A DNA stretch of 64,000 nt from an uncultured Thermoplasmata archaeon (GCA_963768855.1 CAVYJM010000006.1:320001-384000); one strand, 5' to 3'; numbered from the stretch's first letter, positions 1 through 7,941 are shown. Notes: generated by a model not told the origin, from the sequence alone. Program-made: numbers and translations.

Positions 1-225
1 TCCCTGAAGGCGGGCCTGCGCCATCCCAAACGCGGCGGCCGCGCCGATCGCGGGCGCCCCGCGCACGACCATGTCTTCGATCGCGACGGCGAGCTCCTCC
101 AGCCCGCGGGCCTCGTAGAACCGGACCTCGAAGGGCAGGAACCGCTGGTCGATGAGCTTGACGAGGCCGTCCTCGAACCAGACCGTGCGCACGTCCCGCG
201 ACGCGCCGTCCAGCGTGACCCGCAC
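1..225 (-). CDS. mtnA: Methylthioribose-1-phosphate isomerase (eIF-2B alpha-like), N-terminal part; runs off window edge
   Basis: Manual translation from GTG at 225: VRVTLDGASRDVRTVWFEDGLVKLIDQRFLPFEVRFYEARGLEELAVAIEDMVVRGAPAIGAAAAFG; the LIDQR and MVVRGAPAIG motifs are typical of MtnA. G-rich RBS at 232-237. Confidence 0.85.
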   Translation of the reverse strand, partial: MRVTLDGASRDVRTVWFEDGLVKLIDQRFLPFEVRFYEARGLEELAVAIEDMVVRGAPAIGAAAAFGMAQARLQG

Positions 226-237
226 GACTGTCCCCCC

Positions 238-468
238 TCAGCTCTTGCGCAGGGACGAGAGCAGGCTCCCGAGCCCCGGTCGGCCGAGTTCCTTCTTCAT
301 GTCCCGCGTCAGGTTGTCGTAGTAGGACACCTGCTGATCGACCCGGACGAGCTCTCCATCGAGCCGACGCCGCTCCTCGTCGACCTGGTCGAGGGCCGTC
401 AGCAAGCGGCGTTCCCGCTGTCGCCACCGCGTGAATTCCTTCTGGGTTGCTTCGAGGGCGCTCGCCAA
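238..468 (-). CDS. Small coiled-coil protein (76 aa), paralog of 473..700
   Basis: 3' part of track ORF 238..1077; TTG start at 468 preceded by GGTGAT RBS; heptad pattern; tight packing with both neighbours. Confidence 0.7.
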   Translation of the reverse strand: MASALEATQKEFTRWRQRERRLLTALDQVDEERRRLDGELVRVDQQVSYYDNLTRDMKKELGRPGLGSLLSSLRKS

Positions 469-472
469 GGGA

Positions 473-700
473 TCACCGCATCGCCGTGGGGGGAACCGGC
501 CGCCCTCCCTGGATCTGCGGGCTCTTGAGGTCCGTGAGGAGGCCACTGTACTGGGCGACCTTCTTCCGAGTGCGGTCCAATTCCCGCTGCAGGTAGGCCT
601 TCCGGCGGTCGAGCTGCCGGATGCGCTCTCGGATGCGGTCCCTCCGCTCGCGCCACTTCTTCCGCTCTTCGAGTGCGAGCAGGACGCCAGATGGGTCCAT
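473..700 (-). CDS. Small basic coiled-coil protein (75 aa)
   Basis: Track ORF; heptad repeat; TATA-like TTAAATA on the minus strand about 30 nt upstream (728-734). Confidence 0.75.
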   Translation of the reverse strand: MDPSGVLLALEERKKWRERRDRIRERIRQLDRRKAYLQRELDRTRKKVAQYSGLLTDLKSPQIQGGRPVPPTAMR

Positions 701-749
701 CGTGCGGGGAGACCAGAAGGTGCCGAGTATTTAATCGTGATGTCGTCCC

Positions 750-1082
750 TCACTCTTCGTCGATTGTCACGGACGGGACGAGCTCCCGAAGCGCATTTGC
801 CACGCCGAGCAGCTGCGCGAGGAAGTCCCTCGCGACGCCTTCCGCAGTGTCGATTCCGATGACGAGGTCTAGGTCCTCGACGCGGGCGACCGTCACGAAC
901 TTGGCCACGGTGCGGTCCGTGGCCGCATCCGTGACGTGGACGCGAGCCACGAGGTTCGCGCCGTCGCGCGAGGTCGACAGGTGGATCGCTAGGCCATGGC
1001 CCCCGAGCTCGCGCTTCACGATGGCCCGCTTCTCCTCCGCATGGTCTGTGGGCACGTGCACACCTCGCGGTAACCATGCCAC
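750..1082 (-). CDS. Hypothetical protein (about 100-110 aa, alpha/beta)
   Basis: Protein-like composition; fills the gap directly downstream of kamA; start uncertain. Confidence 0.65.
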   Translation of the reverse strand: MAWLPRGVHVPTDHAEEKRAIVKRELGGHGLAIHLSTSRDGANLVARVHVTDAATDRTVAKFVTVARVEDLDLVIGIDTAEGVARDFLAQLLGVANALRELVPSVTIDEE

Positions 1083-1106
1083 GTCGGTGTAATCAAACTG
1101 ACGGGC

Positions 1107-2450
1107 CTAGCGGCTGGCGGCCGGCACGGTGACTTCAATCCTCTTCGCGTGGCGCCGTTTCTCCCGCAGCGAATCGGGCGGGACGAGATTGCTGCGCTGG
1201 CCTCCCAGGATGCCGGCGACCCCCTCCCGCGACGTGCGCTCGTCCGTCTGGCAGTGCTCGCAGTGATCCGGGCAGGCGGTCGGAGGGATATCCGGCTCGG
1301 GGTACGAGAAGATCCCGCCTTCGTAGTTGCGGATGACGATCTTCTTGTCGCTCTGGCTGATCAGGTAGTTCGGCCCGATCGGGACCTTGCCGCCTCCGCC
1401 CGGCGCATCCACGATGAACAGGGGCACGGCGAAGCCGGAGGTGTGTCCGCGGAGGGCCTCGGCGATCTCGATGCCCGTGGACACGCGCGTGCGGAAGTGC
1501 TCGATGCCCTCGCTCAGGTCGCACTGGTAGAAGTAGTACGGCCGGACGCGGTTCAGGACGAGCTTGTGCGCGAGGTTCTTCATGATCGTGGGGCAGTCGT
1601 TGATGCCGCGCAGCAGGACCGTCTGGTTCCCCAGCGGGATGCCCGCGTCGGCCAGCATCGCCAGGGCCTTCGACGCGTCCGGCGTGATCTCCTTCGGGTG
1701 GTTGAAGTGGGTGTTGAGCCACAGCGGGTGGTACTTCTTCAGGATCGAGACGAGCTGGGGCGTGATCCGCATCGGGAGGGTGCACGGCGCACGGGATCCG
1801 ATGCGCACAATCTCGATGTGGTCGATCTCCCGCAGGCGCTTCAGGATGTGCTCGAGGTACTCGTCGTTGACCATGAGCGGATCGCCGCCGCTGAGCAGGA
1901 CATCCCGCACCTCCTTCGCCTTCTCGAGGTACTCGAATGCGGGCTCGAGATCCTTCGTCGACATGGCGCCGTGGGAATGGGCCGTGAAGCGCCGGCGCGT
2001 GCAAAACCGGCAGTACATCGCGCAGTAATCCGTGATGAGCAAGAGGACCCGGTCCGGGTAGCGGTGCGTCAGATGCGGGACAGGTGAATCGACGTCCTCG
2101 TAGAGCGGATCGTGCTGGTCCACGCCGGAGAAGTGGGTCTCCTGGACGCGGGGCACCGCCTGGAGACGCACGGGGCAGTTCGGGTCGTTCGGGTCCATCA
2201 GGCTCGCATAGTACGGCGGGATCCCGAACTTGAAGTACTTCGCGCAGTCGACGACGCCGCGCTCCTCGTCCTCCGTGAGCGGGACGACCTGGCGCACTTC
2301 CTCCAGGCTCTTGACCACGTGGGCGGCCTGCCACTTCCAGTCGTTCCACTGCGCTTCCGTCACGTCGCGCCACAGGGGGATTTCCTGCCAGTGGCGGACC
2401 TCGCTCGTCACCGCTCCCGTCGAGGAGCGGCGAGGCTCTGCGATGACCAT
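1107..2450 (-). CDS. kamA: Lysine 2,3-aminomutase (radical SAM, PLP)
   Basis: CAMYCRFC radical-SAM motif, YQCD and VDAPGGGGK (PLP Lys; both Asp residues of lysine-specific enzymes present), C-terminal Zn motif CPDHCEHC. Confidence 0.92.
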   Translation of the reverse strand: MVIAEPRRSSTGAVTSEVRHWQEIPLWRDVTEAQWNDWKWQAAHVVKSLEEVRQVVPLTEDEERGVVDCAKYFKFGIPPYYASLMDPNDPNCPVRLQAVPRVQETHFSGVDQHDPLYEDVDSPVPHLTHRYPDRVLLLITDYCAMYCRFCTRRRFTAHSHGAMSTKDLEPAFEYLEKAKEVRDVLLSGGDPLMVNDEYLEHILKRLREIDHIEIVRIGSRAPCTLPMRITPQLVSILKKYHPLWLNTHFNHPKEITPDASKALAMLADAGIPLGNQTVLLRGINDCPTIMKNLAHKLVLNRVRPYYFYQCDLSEGIEHFRTRVSTGIEIAEALRGHTSGFAVPLFIVDAPGGGGKVPIGPNYLISQSDKKIVIRNYEGGIFSYPEPDIPPTACPDHCEHCQTDERTSREGVAGILGGQRSNLVPPDSLREKRRHAKRIEVTVPAASR

Positions 2451-2572
2451 GCCCCGGACCTCCGGACACTTGTCTCGGATGTGCTCGGAGTGAGAGTGTC
2501 CGAGGCGGGATTTAGCGGCATTGTACTTTCAATTCCAATAACCCCCATTCCGGCGACGAGGTTCGATGGAGA

Positions 2573-2578
2573 TTTATA
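2573..2578 (+). promoter_or_regulatory. TATA box of tRNA-Val
   Basis: TTTATA ending 28 nt upstream of the tRNA 5' end. Confidence 0.6.
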
Positions 2579-2605
2579 CGACCGGAACCTTTGCGCGCTC
2601 CCGCT

Positions 2606-2678
2606 GGGCTCGTGGTCTAGTGGTTATGACATCGCTCTCACACAGCGAAGGTCACCGGTTCGAATCCGGTCGAGCCCA
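2606..2678 (+). tRNA. trnV: tRNA-Val (anticodon CAC), no intron, CCA not encoded
   Basis: GGGCTCG/CGAGCCC acceptor stem, TCGCT-CTCACAC-AGCGA anticodon arm, ACCGG-TTCGAAT-CCGGT T arm, discriminator A. Confidence 0.97.
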
Positions 2679-2735
2679 CTCTCCTTTCGGATAGGCGCCA
2701 TTCGTATTCAAGGTGGGACGTGCGCCCGGGCCGCG

Positions 2736-3065
2736 TCACGGCTGGGGGAGCACCGGGACCGACGAGGCGGTCAGGGCCGCGACGAGCACGAACACGAGGG
2801 CGAGCGCGCCGAACGGGATGAGCATGATCCACCGCGGCTCGTACTTCAGGTGCATGTAGTACGCGGCCACGAGGCTCGCCTTGAATGTCGCGAGGACGAT
2901 CAGGAGCGAGATGCGGTCGATGGCCTGCGGGAAGTTCAGCATGGAGACGTAGACCTCGATGAGCGTGACCACCGCGAGGACGATGAACACATACACGTAC
3001 GGGCGCCGCACGTGTTCCTCCGTCGCCCCGACCACCGGGACCGCCGTTGCCGCTTCCGCCGCCAT
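2736..3065 (-). CDS. Cytochrome c oxidase subunit IV family (prokaryotic)
   Basis: MAAEAATAVP...; three TM helices; KASLVAAYYMHLKYE motif; directly downstream of subunit III. Confidence 0.85.
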   Translation of the reverse strand: MAAEAATAVPVVGATEEHVRRPYVYVFIVLAVVTLIEVYVSMLNFPQAIDRISLLIVLATFKASLVAAYYMHLKYEPRWIMLIPFGALALVFVLVAALTASSVPVLPQP

Positions 3066-3076
3066 CGTCCTCTCCC

Positions 3077-3898
3077 TCAGATCAGGTACACGAGCGTGAA
3101 CAGGAAGATCCACACGACGTCCACGAAGTGCCAATACAGGCCGACGAGCTCGACGGTCTCGTGGTTCTCCTTCGAGAAGCCGCCCTTCCAGGCCTTGACG
3201 TTCAGGTAGGCGAGGGCGAGGACGCCCGCGGTCACGTGGGCGCCGTGCGTCCCAGTCTGGGCGAAGAAGGCGGCTCCGAAATTGGCGTTGATCCCATCCG
3301 GAGCGCTCGTGAACGTCAAGTGGTCCGTGAAGTAGAGATGATAGAACTCGTTCGCCTGGAAGGCCAGGAACGTGATGCCGAGCAGCATCGTGGCGAGCAG
3401 GAAATAACGCATGTGCTTCTGGTCGCCGCGCTCGATGGCGGCGAGGGCCTCGACCATCGTGAGGCTCGAGCAGATCAGGATGAACGTGACGAACGCGGTC
3501 CCGGGGACGTTCAGGATCTGGCCCGAGTACGCCCACGGCAGACCGGTCGTCTCGGTCGTGCGCAGCCGCACGGTCCATGCAGCCCCGATGATGGCCGAGA
3601 AGAACATGACTTCCGTCGCGAGGAACAGCCATGTCGCGAGCTTCCGCGCGCTGACCCGGCCCAGGACGGGCAGGTTCTCCGTCCCCGGTCCGTAGAACGC
3701 ACGAGGCGTCGTGCGCAGGTCGTCGCGCAGCCAGCCCACCGCCCCGCTCACGAACACCACGAGGCCGAGGACCATCAGCGGGAGGTTGATGATCAGCCCG
3801 ACGTAGGACACCGCCGCCCCGATCGCGATCACGAAGGGCCATGGGCTACCGTGGTGGACGTTCGGTTCCCGATACCTTCTCGTCCGGGCCTCCGCCAT
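3077..3898 (-). CDS. coxC: Heme-copper oxidase subunit III
   Basis: SPWPF, WLFLATEVMFF, TGTHGAHV and GLYWHFVDVVWIFLF motifs. Confidence 0.93.
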   Translation of the reverse strand: MAEARTRRYREPNVHHGSPWPFVIAIGAAVSYVGLIINLPLMVLGLVVFVSGAVGWLRDDLRTTPRAFYGPGTENLPVLGRVSARKLATWLFLATEVMFFSAIIGAAWTVRLRTTETTGLPWAYSGQILNVPGTAFVTFILICSSLTMVEALAAIERGDQKHMRYFLLATMLLGITFLAFQANEFYHLYFTDHLTFTSAPDGINANFGAAFFAQTGTHGAHVTAGVLALAYLNVKAWKGGFSKENHETVELVGLYWHFVDVVWIFLFTLVYLI

Positions 3899-4018
3899 TC
3901 ACGCCCTCGATTCGCGCGACTGAAGACTCGGTCGGCTATAACATCTTCGGTTATCCGAAAAGTTCAGACGACGAACGTCGTAGCCGCAGGACGAATCCGC
4001 GACGGACAAGACAGCAGG

Positions 4019-4138
4019 TCAGTTGGGGCGGTACACCCAGGGATTGTGCGCCAGGGAGAGGAACAAGTCCCGCGACCTGGACCACTCGATCAGCCAGTTA
4101 GGCACCGCGATCCGCGGCCCCTGGGGCGGCATCCGCAT
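4019..4138 (-). CDS. Possible 39-aa small protein (MRMPPQGPRIAVPNWLIEWSRSRDLFLSLAHNPWVYRPN)
   Basis: C-terminal part of track ORF 4019..4315; CCTTTATCC TATA-like element about 25-30 nt upstream of the ATG; no homology recognised. Confidence 0.35.
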   Translation of the reverse strand: MRMPPQGPRIAVPNWLIEWSRSRDLFLSLAHNPWVYRPN

Positions 4139-4401
4139 GCGTGCGTCGTTCCCGCGCGCGGGGATAAAGGCATCGACGTTCGTGCTGATTCTTGTTCTTA
4201 GAACATAGAACGCAGGGGCCGGCGGACGATCGACGTGTTGATTCTCAGCATAGGCGGTGCTCGCGGATCGCGGTCGTCCCAGGCGAACCGCGACCCGAAC
4301 GACGGGATGCGACACCGTACGGGTGGTTACGCTGCCCGAGCATACCGGCGAAATACCTTATACGCACGGCCCAGATGCAGGAGGCGCGGCGGGATGACCA
4401 C

Positions 4402-5208
4402 ATGCCCACGGTCCGTCGGATGAAGACGAAACTGGCCCTCATGGGGGAGGGCGGAGTGGGCAAGACCTCGCTGATCCGCCGTTTCGTCCTCGACGAGTAC
4501 CAGGACACGTACCTCCACACGATTGGGACGAAGGTGAGCAAGATCGAGCTGACCGTCCCGTACGGGACCGACATCGAAGTCCAGATGGACATGTCCCTCT
4601 TCGACATCATGGGCCAGCACGGGTTCCGGGATCTCGTCCGGGAGACCTACTTCCACGGGGCGCAGGCCATCATGGCCGTCTGCGACATCACCCGGCTCGA
4701 TAGCCTGACCGCGCTCGGTACCTGGATCCCTTCGGGCTTGGAGATCGCCGGCGACGTGCCCGTGTTCATCATCGTCAACAAGAAGGACCTGATCGACCGC
4801 CGCGCCTTCACGGACGAGCAGATTCGGAACGCGGCCGAGCCGTTCAGCGCCCCCTGGGTCATGACCTCGGCGAAGACGGGCGAGTTCGTGGACGACGCGT
4901 TCAATGCCCTCGCCGTGGAAATCGTGGACCGCGCGATGCGGACCGAGCAGTCCCGGGCCGTGGAGCGCGGCCTGCGGGAGAAGATCCTCCTCCTCCTTGC
5001 GAAGCGCGGGACGCTTGGCCTCAAGAAGACCCAGTTCTTCGAGATCCTCCGCGGCGTGAGCTACGACGAACTCCAGCGGGAGCTCAACCAGCTTGAGCGG
5101 GACGGCCTCATCGTGCTGGGCTGGCACGGCCCCGCCGACTTCACGGCCACGATTACGACGCGTGGGGTGGAAGCGAGCAAGGGGTCCGCGTCTCCCCTCG
5201 AGGAGTGA
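4402..5208 (+). CDS. Rab/Ras-like small GTPase with C-terminal winged-helix domain
   Basis: G1 GEGGVGKT, G2 TIG, G3 DIMGQ, G4 NKKD, G5 TSAK; C-terminal about 80 aa with wHTH pattern (KILLLLAK...YDELQRELNQLERDGLI...ITTRG). Confidence 0.88.
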   Translation: MPTVRRMKTKLALMGEGGVGKTSLIRRFVLDEYQDTYLHTIGTKVSKIELTVPYGTDIEVQMDMSLFDIMGQHGFRDLVRETYFHGAQAIMAVCDITRLDSLTALGTWIPSGLEIAGDVPVFIIVNKKDLIDRRAFTDEQIRNAAEPFSAPWVMTSAKTGEFVDDAFNALAVEIVDRAMRTEQSRAVERGLREKILLLLAKRGTLGLKKTQFFEILRGVSYDELQRELNQLERDGLIVLGWHGPADFTATITTRGVEASKGSASPLEE

Positions 5209-5227
5209 TCCCTCCGGCGGGTGACGC

Positions 5228-5833
5228 GTGAAGAAGGTCCAGCTGGAACGGGTACTACAGTCCCTCGAGGCCGTGCCGTCGCCCCGGGCCGACATCGAGC
5301 AGTACCCGACGCCCGCTGCCGTGGCCGCCGAGGTCGCGTTCATCGCCTATGGCAAGGGGGACATCGATGCGTGCCGGGTCCTCGATGCGGGCTGCGGGAA
5401 TGGAGTCCTCGGCGTCGCCGCGAAGATCCTCGGCGCCGCGGAGGTCGTGGGGGTGGACATCGATCCGCTGGCGATCGAGGTGGCGAAACGGAACGCCCGC
5501 CGGGCCAAGGTCGACGTGTCGTGGACCCACGCGGATGTGACCGCCATGTCCAGCCCCTTCGACACGGTCCTCATGAACCCGCCGTTCGGCTCGCAGACGA
5601 GGCATGCGGACCTCCCCTTCGTGGACACCGCCCTCGCGGTCGGCCGGGTGGTCTACAGCTTCCACAACGCGGCGACCGAGGAATTCGTCGTGCGGCGGAT
5701 CGAGTCGCGGGGCGGCCACGTGACGGACCGGGCGGCTTACGAGTTCCCCCTCCCCCGGACCTTCCGTTTCCATCGGGAGGAGGTGCGCCGGATCCCCGTC
5801 GTCCTCTTGCGCACAGAGACCACGAAGGGCTAA
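5228..5833 (+). CDS. METTL5-family class I SAM methyltransferase
   Basis: LEQY-like IEQYPTP, DAGCGNG SAM motif, MNPPFG amino-methyltransferase motif. Confidence 0.88.
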   Translation: MKKVQLERVLQSLEAVPSPRADIEQYPTPAAVAAEVAFIAYGKGDIDACRVLDAGCGNGVLGVAAKILGAAEVVGVDIDPLAIEVAKRNARRAKVDVSWTHADVTAMSSPFDTVLMNPPFGSQTRHADLPFVDTALAVGRVVYSFHNAATEEFVVRRIESRGGHVTDRAAYEFPLPRTFRFHREEVRRIPVVLLRTETTKG

Positions 5834-5842
5834 CTCGCGCCC

Positions 5843-5887
5843 CGCCCCCCGTTCGCCCCCCGAGTCGGCCGGAAGGGCTATGCCGGG
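5843..5887 (+). repeat. Dispersed repeat, copy 1
   Basis: CCCCCGAGTCGGCCGGAAGGGC (5857-5878) is identical to 6694-6715; CGGCCGGAAGGGCTATGCCGGG (5866-5887) is identical to the reverse complement of 54218-54239. Confidence 0.85.
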
Positions 5888-5918
5888 ACGGGCCGATGCG
5901 GTTGCAGGGAGTGGAGAG

Positions 5919-6629
5919 ATGCAACCGAGCAGTCCACCCGAGAAGTCACAGCCGAAGGCAGGCCTGCCTCCGAACCAACGGAAATGGCTCGTTCCGTTGG
6001 CCATCGTGGTGGCTGCTATCGTGGTCATCGGAACCTCGGTGTTTGTGTTGACCTTGCCCCCTTCCCTGACCATCTCCGACGGCTCAGTCGTGGGGGTCTT
6101 ACGCACGAATCTGACCGCGTGGCCCTCGGCCACCGAGCCCATGCTGTATCTCAACGCGACAACATATGCCAATCAGACCGACGGGCGGACCTCAACGCTG
6201 ACATTGCGCATAAGGGCCTTTGCGTACTTCAGCGGCGGCGATGCGCCCGAAGAGAGTCAGTTCTGGGCAGGGTTGACCGTCGAGGGGACGTTTGCGCGGA
6301 ACGTGCACCCCGGAACCCTGACCCTCGCGGCCAACGACACAGGTCCGTACCTCATGGGCCAAGCCCTCGCCGCGGCCGAGGCGGTCAACATCTCCACCGG
6401 TGGGTACAGTGGTTTCTCTTTCTCGGACAACGCGATGGGGTCCGTCGCGATGCCTCTCGTGGACCAAAGTGGTACGGGTCCGACGCATGACTTCCGCTAT
6501 GTGGACGAGGTGGTGGCGCTCATTAGTCCCGCATACGACCGCTTCGTCGGTTTCCGAGTCACTGTGACGGGATGGTACCTGCCTGCGATTGGCGTAGGGG
6601 TTCTGGTCCACCTCGTCAACGCCCCGTGA
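5919..6629 (+). CDS. Membrane-anchored extracellular beta-rich hypothetical protein
   Basis: Single N-terminal TM (WLVPLAIVVAAIVVIGTSVFVL), several N-x-S/T sequons, visibly less GC3-biased than its neighbours. Confidence 0.75.
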   Translation: MQPSSPPEKSQPKAGLPPNQRKWLVPLAIVVAAIVVIGTSVFVLTLPPSLTISDGSVVGVLRTNLTAWPSATEPMLYLNATTYANQTDGRTSTLTLRIRAFAYFSGGDAPEESQFWAGLTVEGTFARNVHPGTLTLAANDTGPYLMGQALAAAEAVNISTGGYSGFSFSDNAMGSVAMPLVDQSGTGPTHDFRYVDEVVALISPAYDRFVGFRVTVTGWYLPAIGVGVLVHLVNAP

Positions 6630-6682
6630 GCGGCTGAGCCCTCTCCGTGGTCGCTGCAAGCCAAAAACGGAGTGAGGTGCCT

Positions 6683-6720
6683 CGCCCCCGTCGCCCCCGA
6701 GTCGGCCGGAAGGGCCTATG
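6683..6720 (+). repeat. Dispersed repeat, copy 2
   Basis: About 40-nt near-identical copy of 5843-5882 with a 22-nt exact core. Confidence 0.85.
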
Positions 6721-6895
6721 ACGGAGCGAGACATTGAGGTTCGAGCGCGTCCCTGGCTTCGGGACGGCAGTCCGACCTCTATTTCTGCCCCTCCGGGTTC
6801 GACAGCCGCCAGCTCAATAGCGGGTCTGCCCGACCCCTGAGAAGGGCTAAATACCGGGCGCCTTCTGTCGTCGGAGAAGCCAGCGAGGAACGACC

Positions 6896-7666
6896 ATGGA
6901 ACCGAAGATGGTCCTCCCCGGCGACCAGATCGCCGTGGCGGAGGAGTTCGAGCCGGGCGAGGGGACGTATGAGAAGAACGGACTCGTGTTCGCCTCGACG
7001 CCCGGGGTCCTGCATCTTGACGAGCAGAGCCGGGTGGCCCGCGTGCGGCCGTTCAATCCGCCCGCCGAGCTCCAGCCCGGCGACATCGTCTACGGCGTGA
7101 TCGACGACATCCGCGGCATGATGGCCACGGCCACCGTGAGCGCGATCCACGGCCGCGCCCGCCAGGTCAGCGGGGAGACGAACGGCACGATCCACATCTC
7201 CAACGTGTCCGAGGAGTATACGGAGGACATCCGGGACATGTACCACCTGGGCGACCTCATTCGCGCGAAGGTCATCCAGACGAAGCCGTCCGTCCAGCTG
7301 ACGACGGCGGAGCCCGACCTCGGCGTCGTGAAGGCCCTGTGCGGCCAGTGCCGGGGGCCGCTCGAACTCCGCGGCCGGGACCTGTTCTGCCCTCGCTGCG
7401 AGCGCACGGAGCGCCGCAAGATCGCCCGCGACTACGACAACCTCAAGCTCGATGTGCCGCCGGCCGAGCTCGGCGGCGGAAAGATCCCGGAGCGCCCGCG
7501 GCGCGAGGACCGCGGCGGCCGAGATTTCGGCCGCGAGCGGCGGGGCGGCGGGGGCCACGACCGTCGCGACGATCGCGGGGGCCGCGACCGACGGGGAGGC
7601 GGCGACCGGCGGGGCCAAGGAGGCCGGGACCGGGAGCGGCGGGACCGCGGACCGCGGCGCCACTGA
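6896..7666 (+). CDS. csl4: Exosome complex RNA-binding protein Csl4 with RGG/RD-rich tail
   Basis: VLPGDQIAVAEEFEPGEGTYE N-domain, S1 domain (GTIHISNV), Zn ribbon CGQC...CPRC, ERRKIA; about 55-aa low-complexity tail. Confidence 0.92.
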   Translation: MEPKMVLPGDQIAVAEEFEPGEGTYEKNGLVFASTPGVLHLDEQSRVARVRPFNPPAELQPGDIVYGVIDDIRGMMATATVSAIHGRARQVSGETNGTIHISNVSEEYTEDIRDMYHLGDLIRAKVIQTKPSVQLTTAEPDLGVVKALCGQCRGPLELRGRDLFCPRCERTERRKIARDYDNLKLDVPPAELGGGKIPERPRREDRGGRDFGRERRGGGGHDRRDDRGGRDRRGGGDRRGQGGRDRERRDRGPRRH

Positions 7667-7776
7667 CGGTTCTTCCGCCGTCCTCGCTGGCTGGTTCATT
7701 CCGAGAATAAGGACTCATAATCGAAGGCAAAGTGATAAGAACCTACCCTGTGTTAAATGGCTCCCGGAAGGTTGCG

Positions 7777-7941
7777 ATGGCCGCGTCGAACGAGGACGTC
7801 CTGAAGGAATTGAACCGACTTCGCACCGAGATCCAGCAGCTGCGCGAGGTAGTCAACGCGCTGTTCAACGCCGTCTTCGAGGAGTCCGACGAGGAGTGGG
7901 ATTCCACTCCCGACAAGGACGAGTTCAACCTCTACAACTGA
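7777..7941 (+). CDS. Small protein (54 aa): coiled coil plus acidic tail
   Basis: MAASNEDVLKELNRLRTEIQQLREVVNALFNAVFEESDEEWD...; TTAAAT about 20 nt upstream. Confidence 0.7.
   Translation: MAASNEDVLKELNRLRTEIQQLREVVNALFNAVFEESDEEWDSTPDKDEFNLYN

Noticed and set aside
5860-5885. Repeat core GGCCGGAAGGG resembling SRP RNA helix 8 (GGAA tetraloop)
   Set aside because: The flanking conserved SRP nucleotides and long helices are absent, and the gap is too short for a 300-nt 7S RNA.
6718-6840. 40-aa ORF starting at the ATG of repeat copy 2
   Set aside because: Low-complexity Ser/Pro/Ala composition, no SD, no similarity to the ORFs following the other copies.
7500-7660. GGCGGC/GACCG-rich quasi-repeats as a DNA repeat array
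   Set aside because: Fully explained by the codons of the Csl4 RGG/RD tail.
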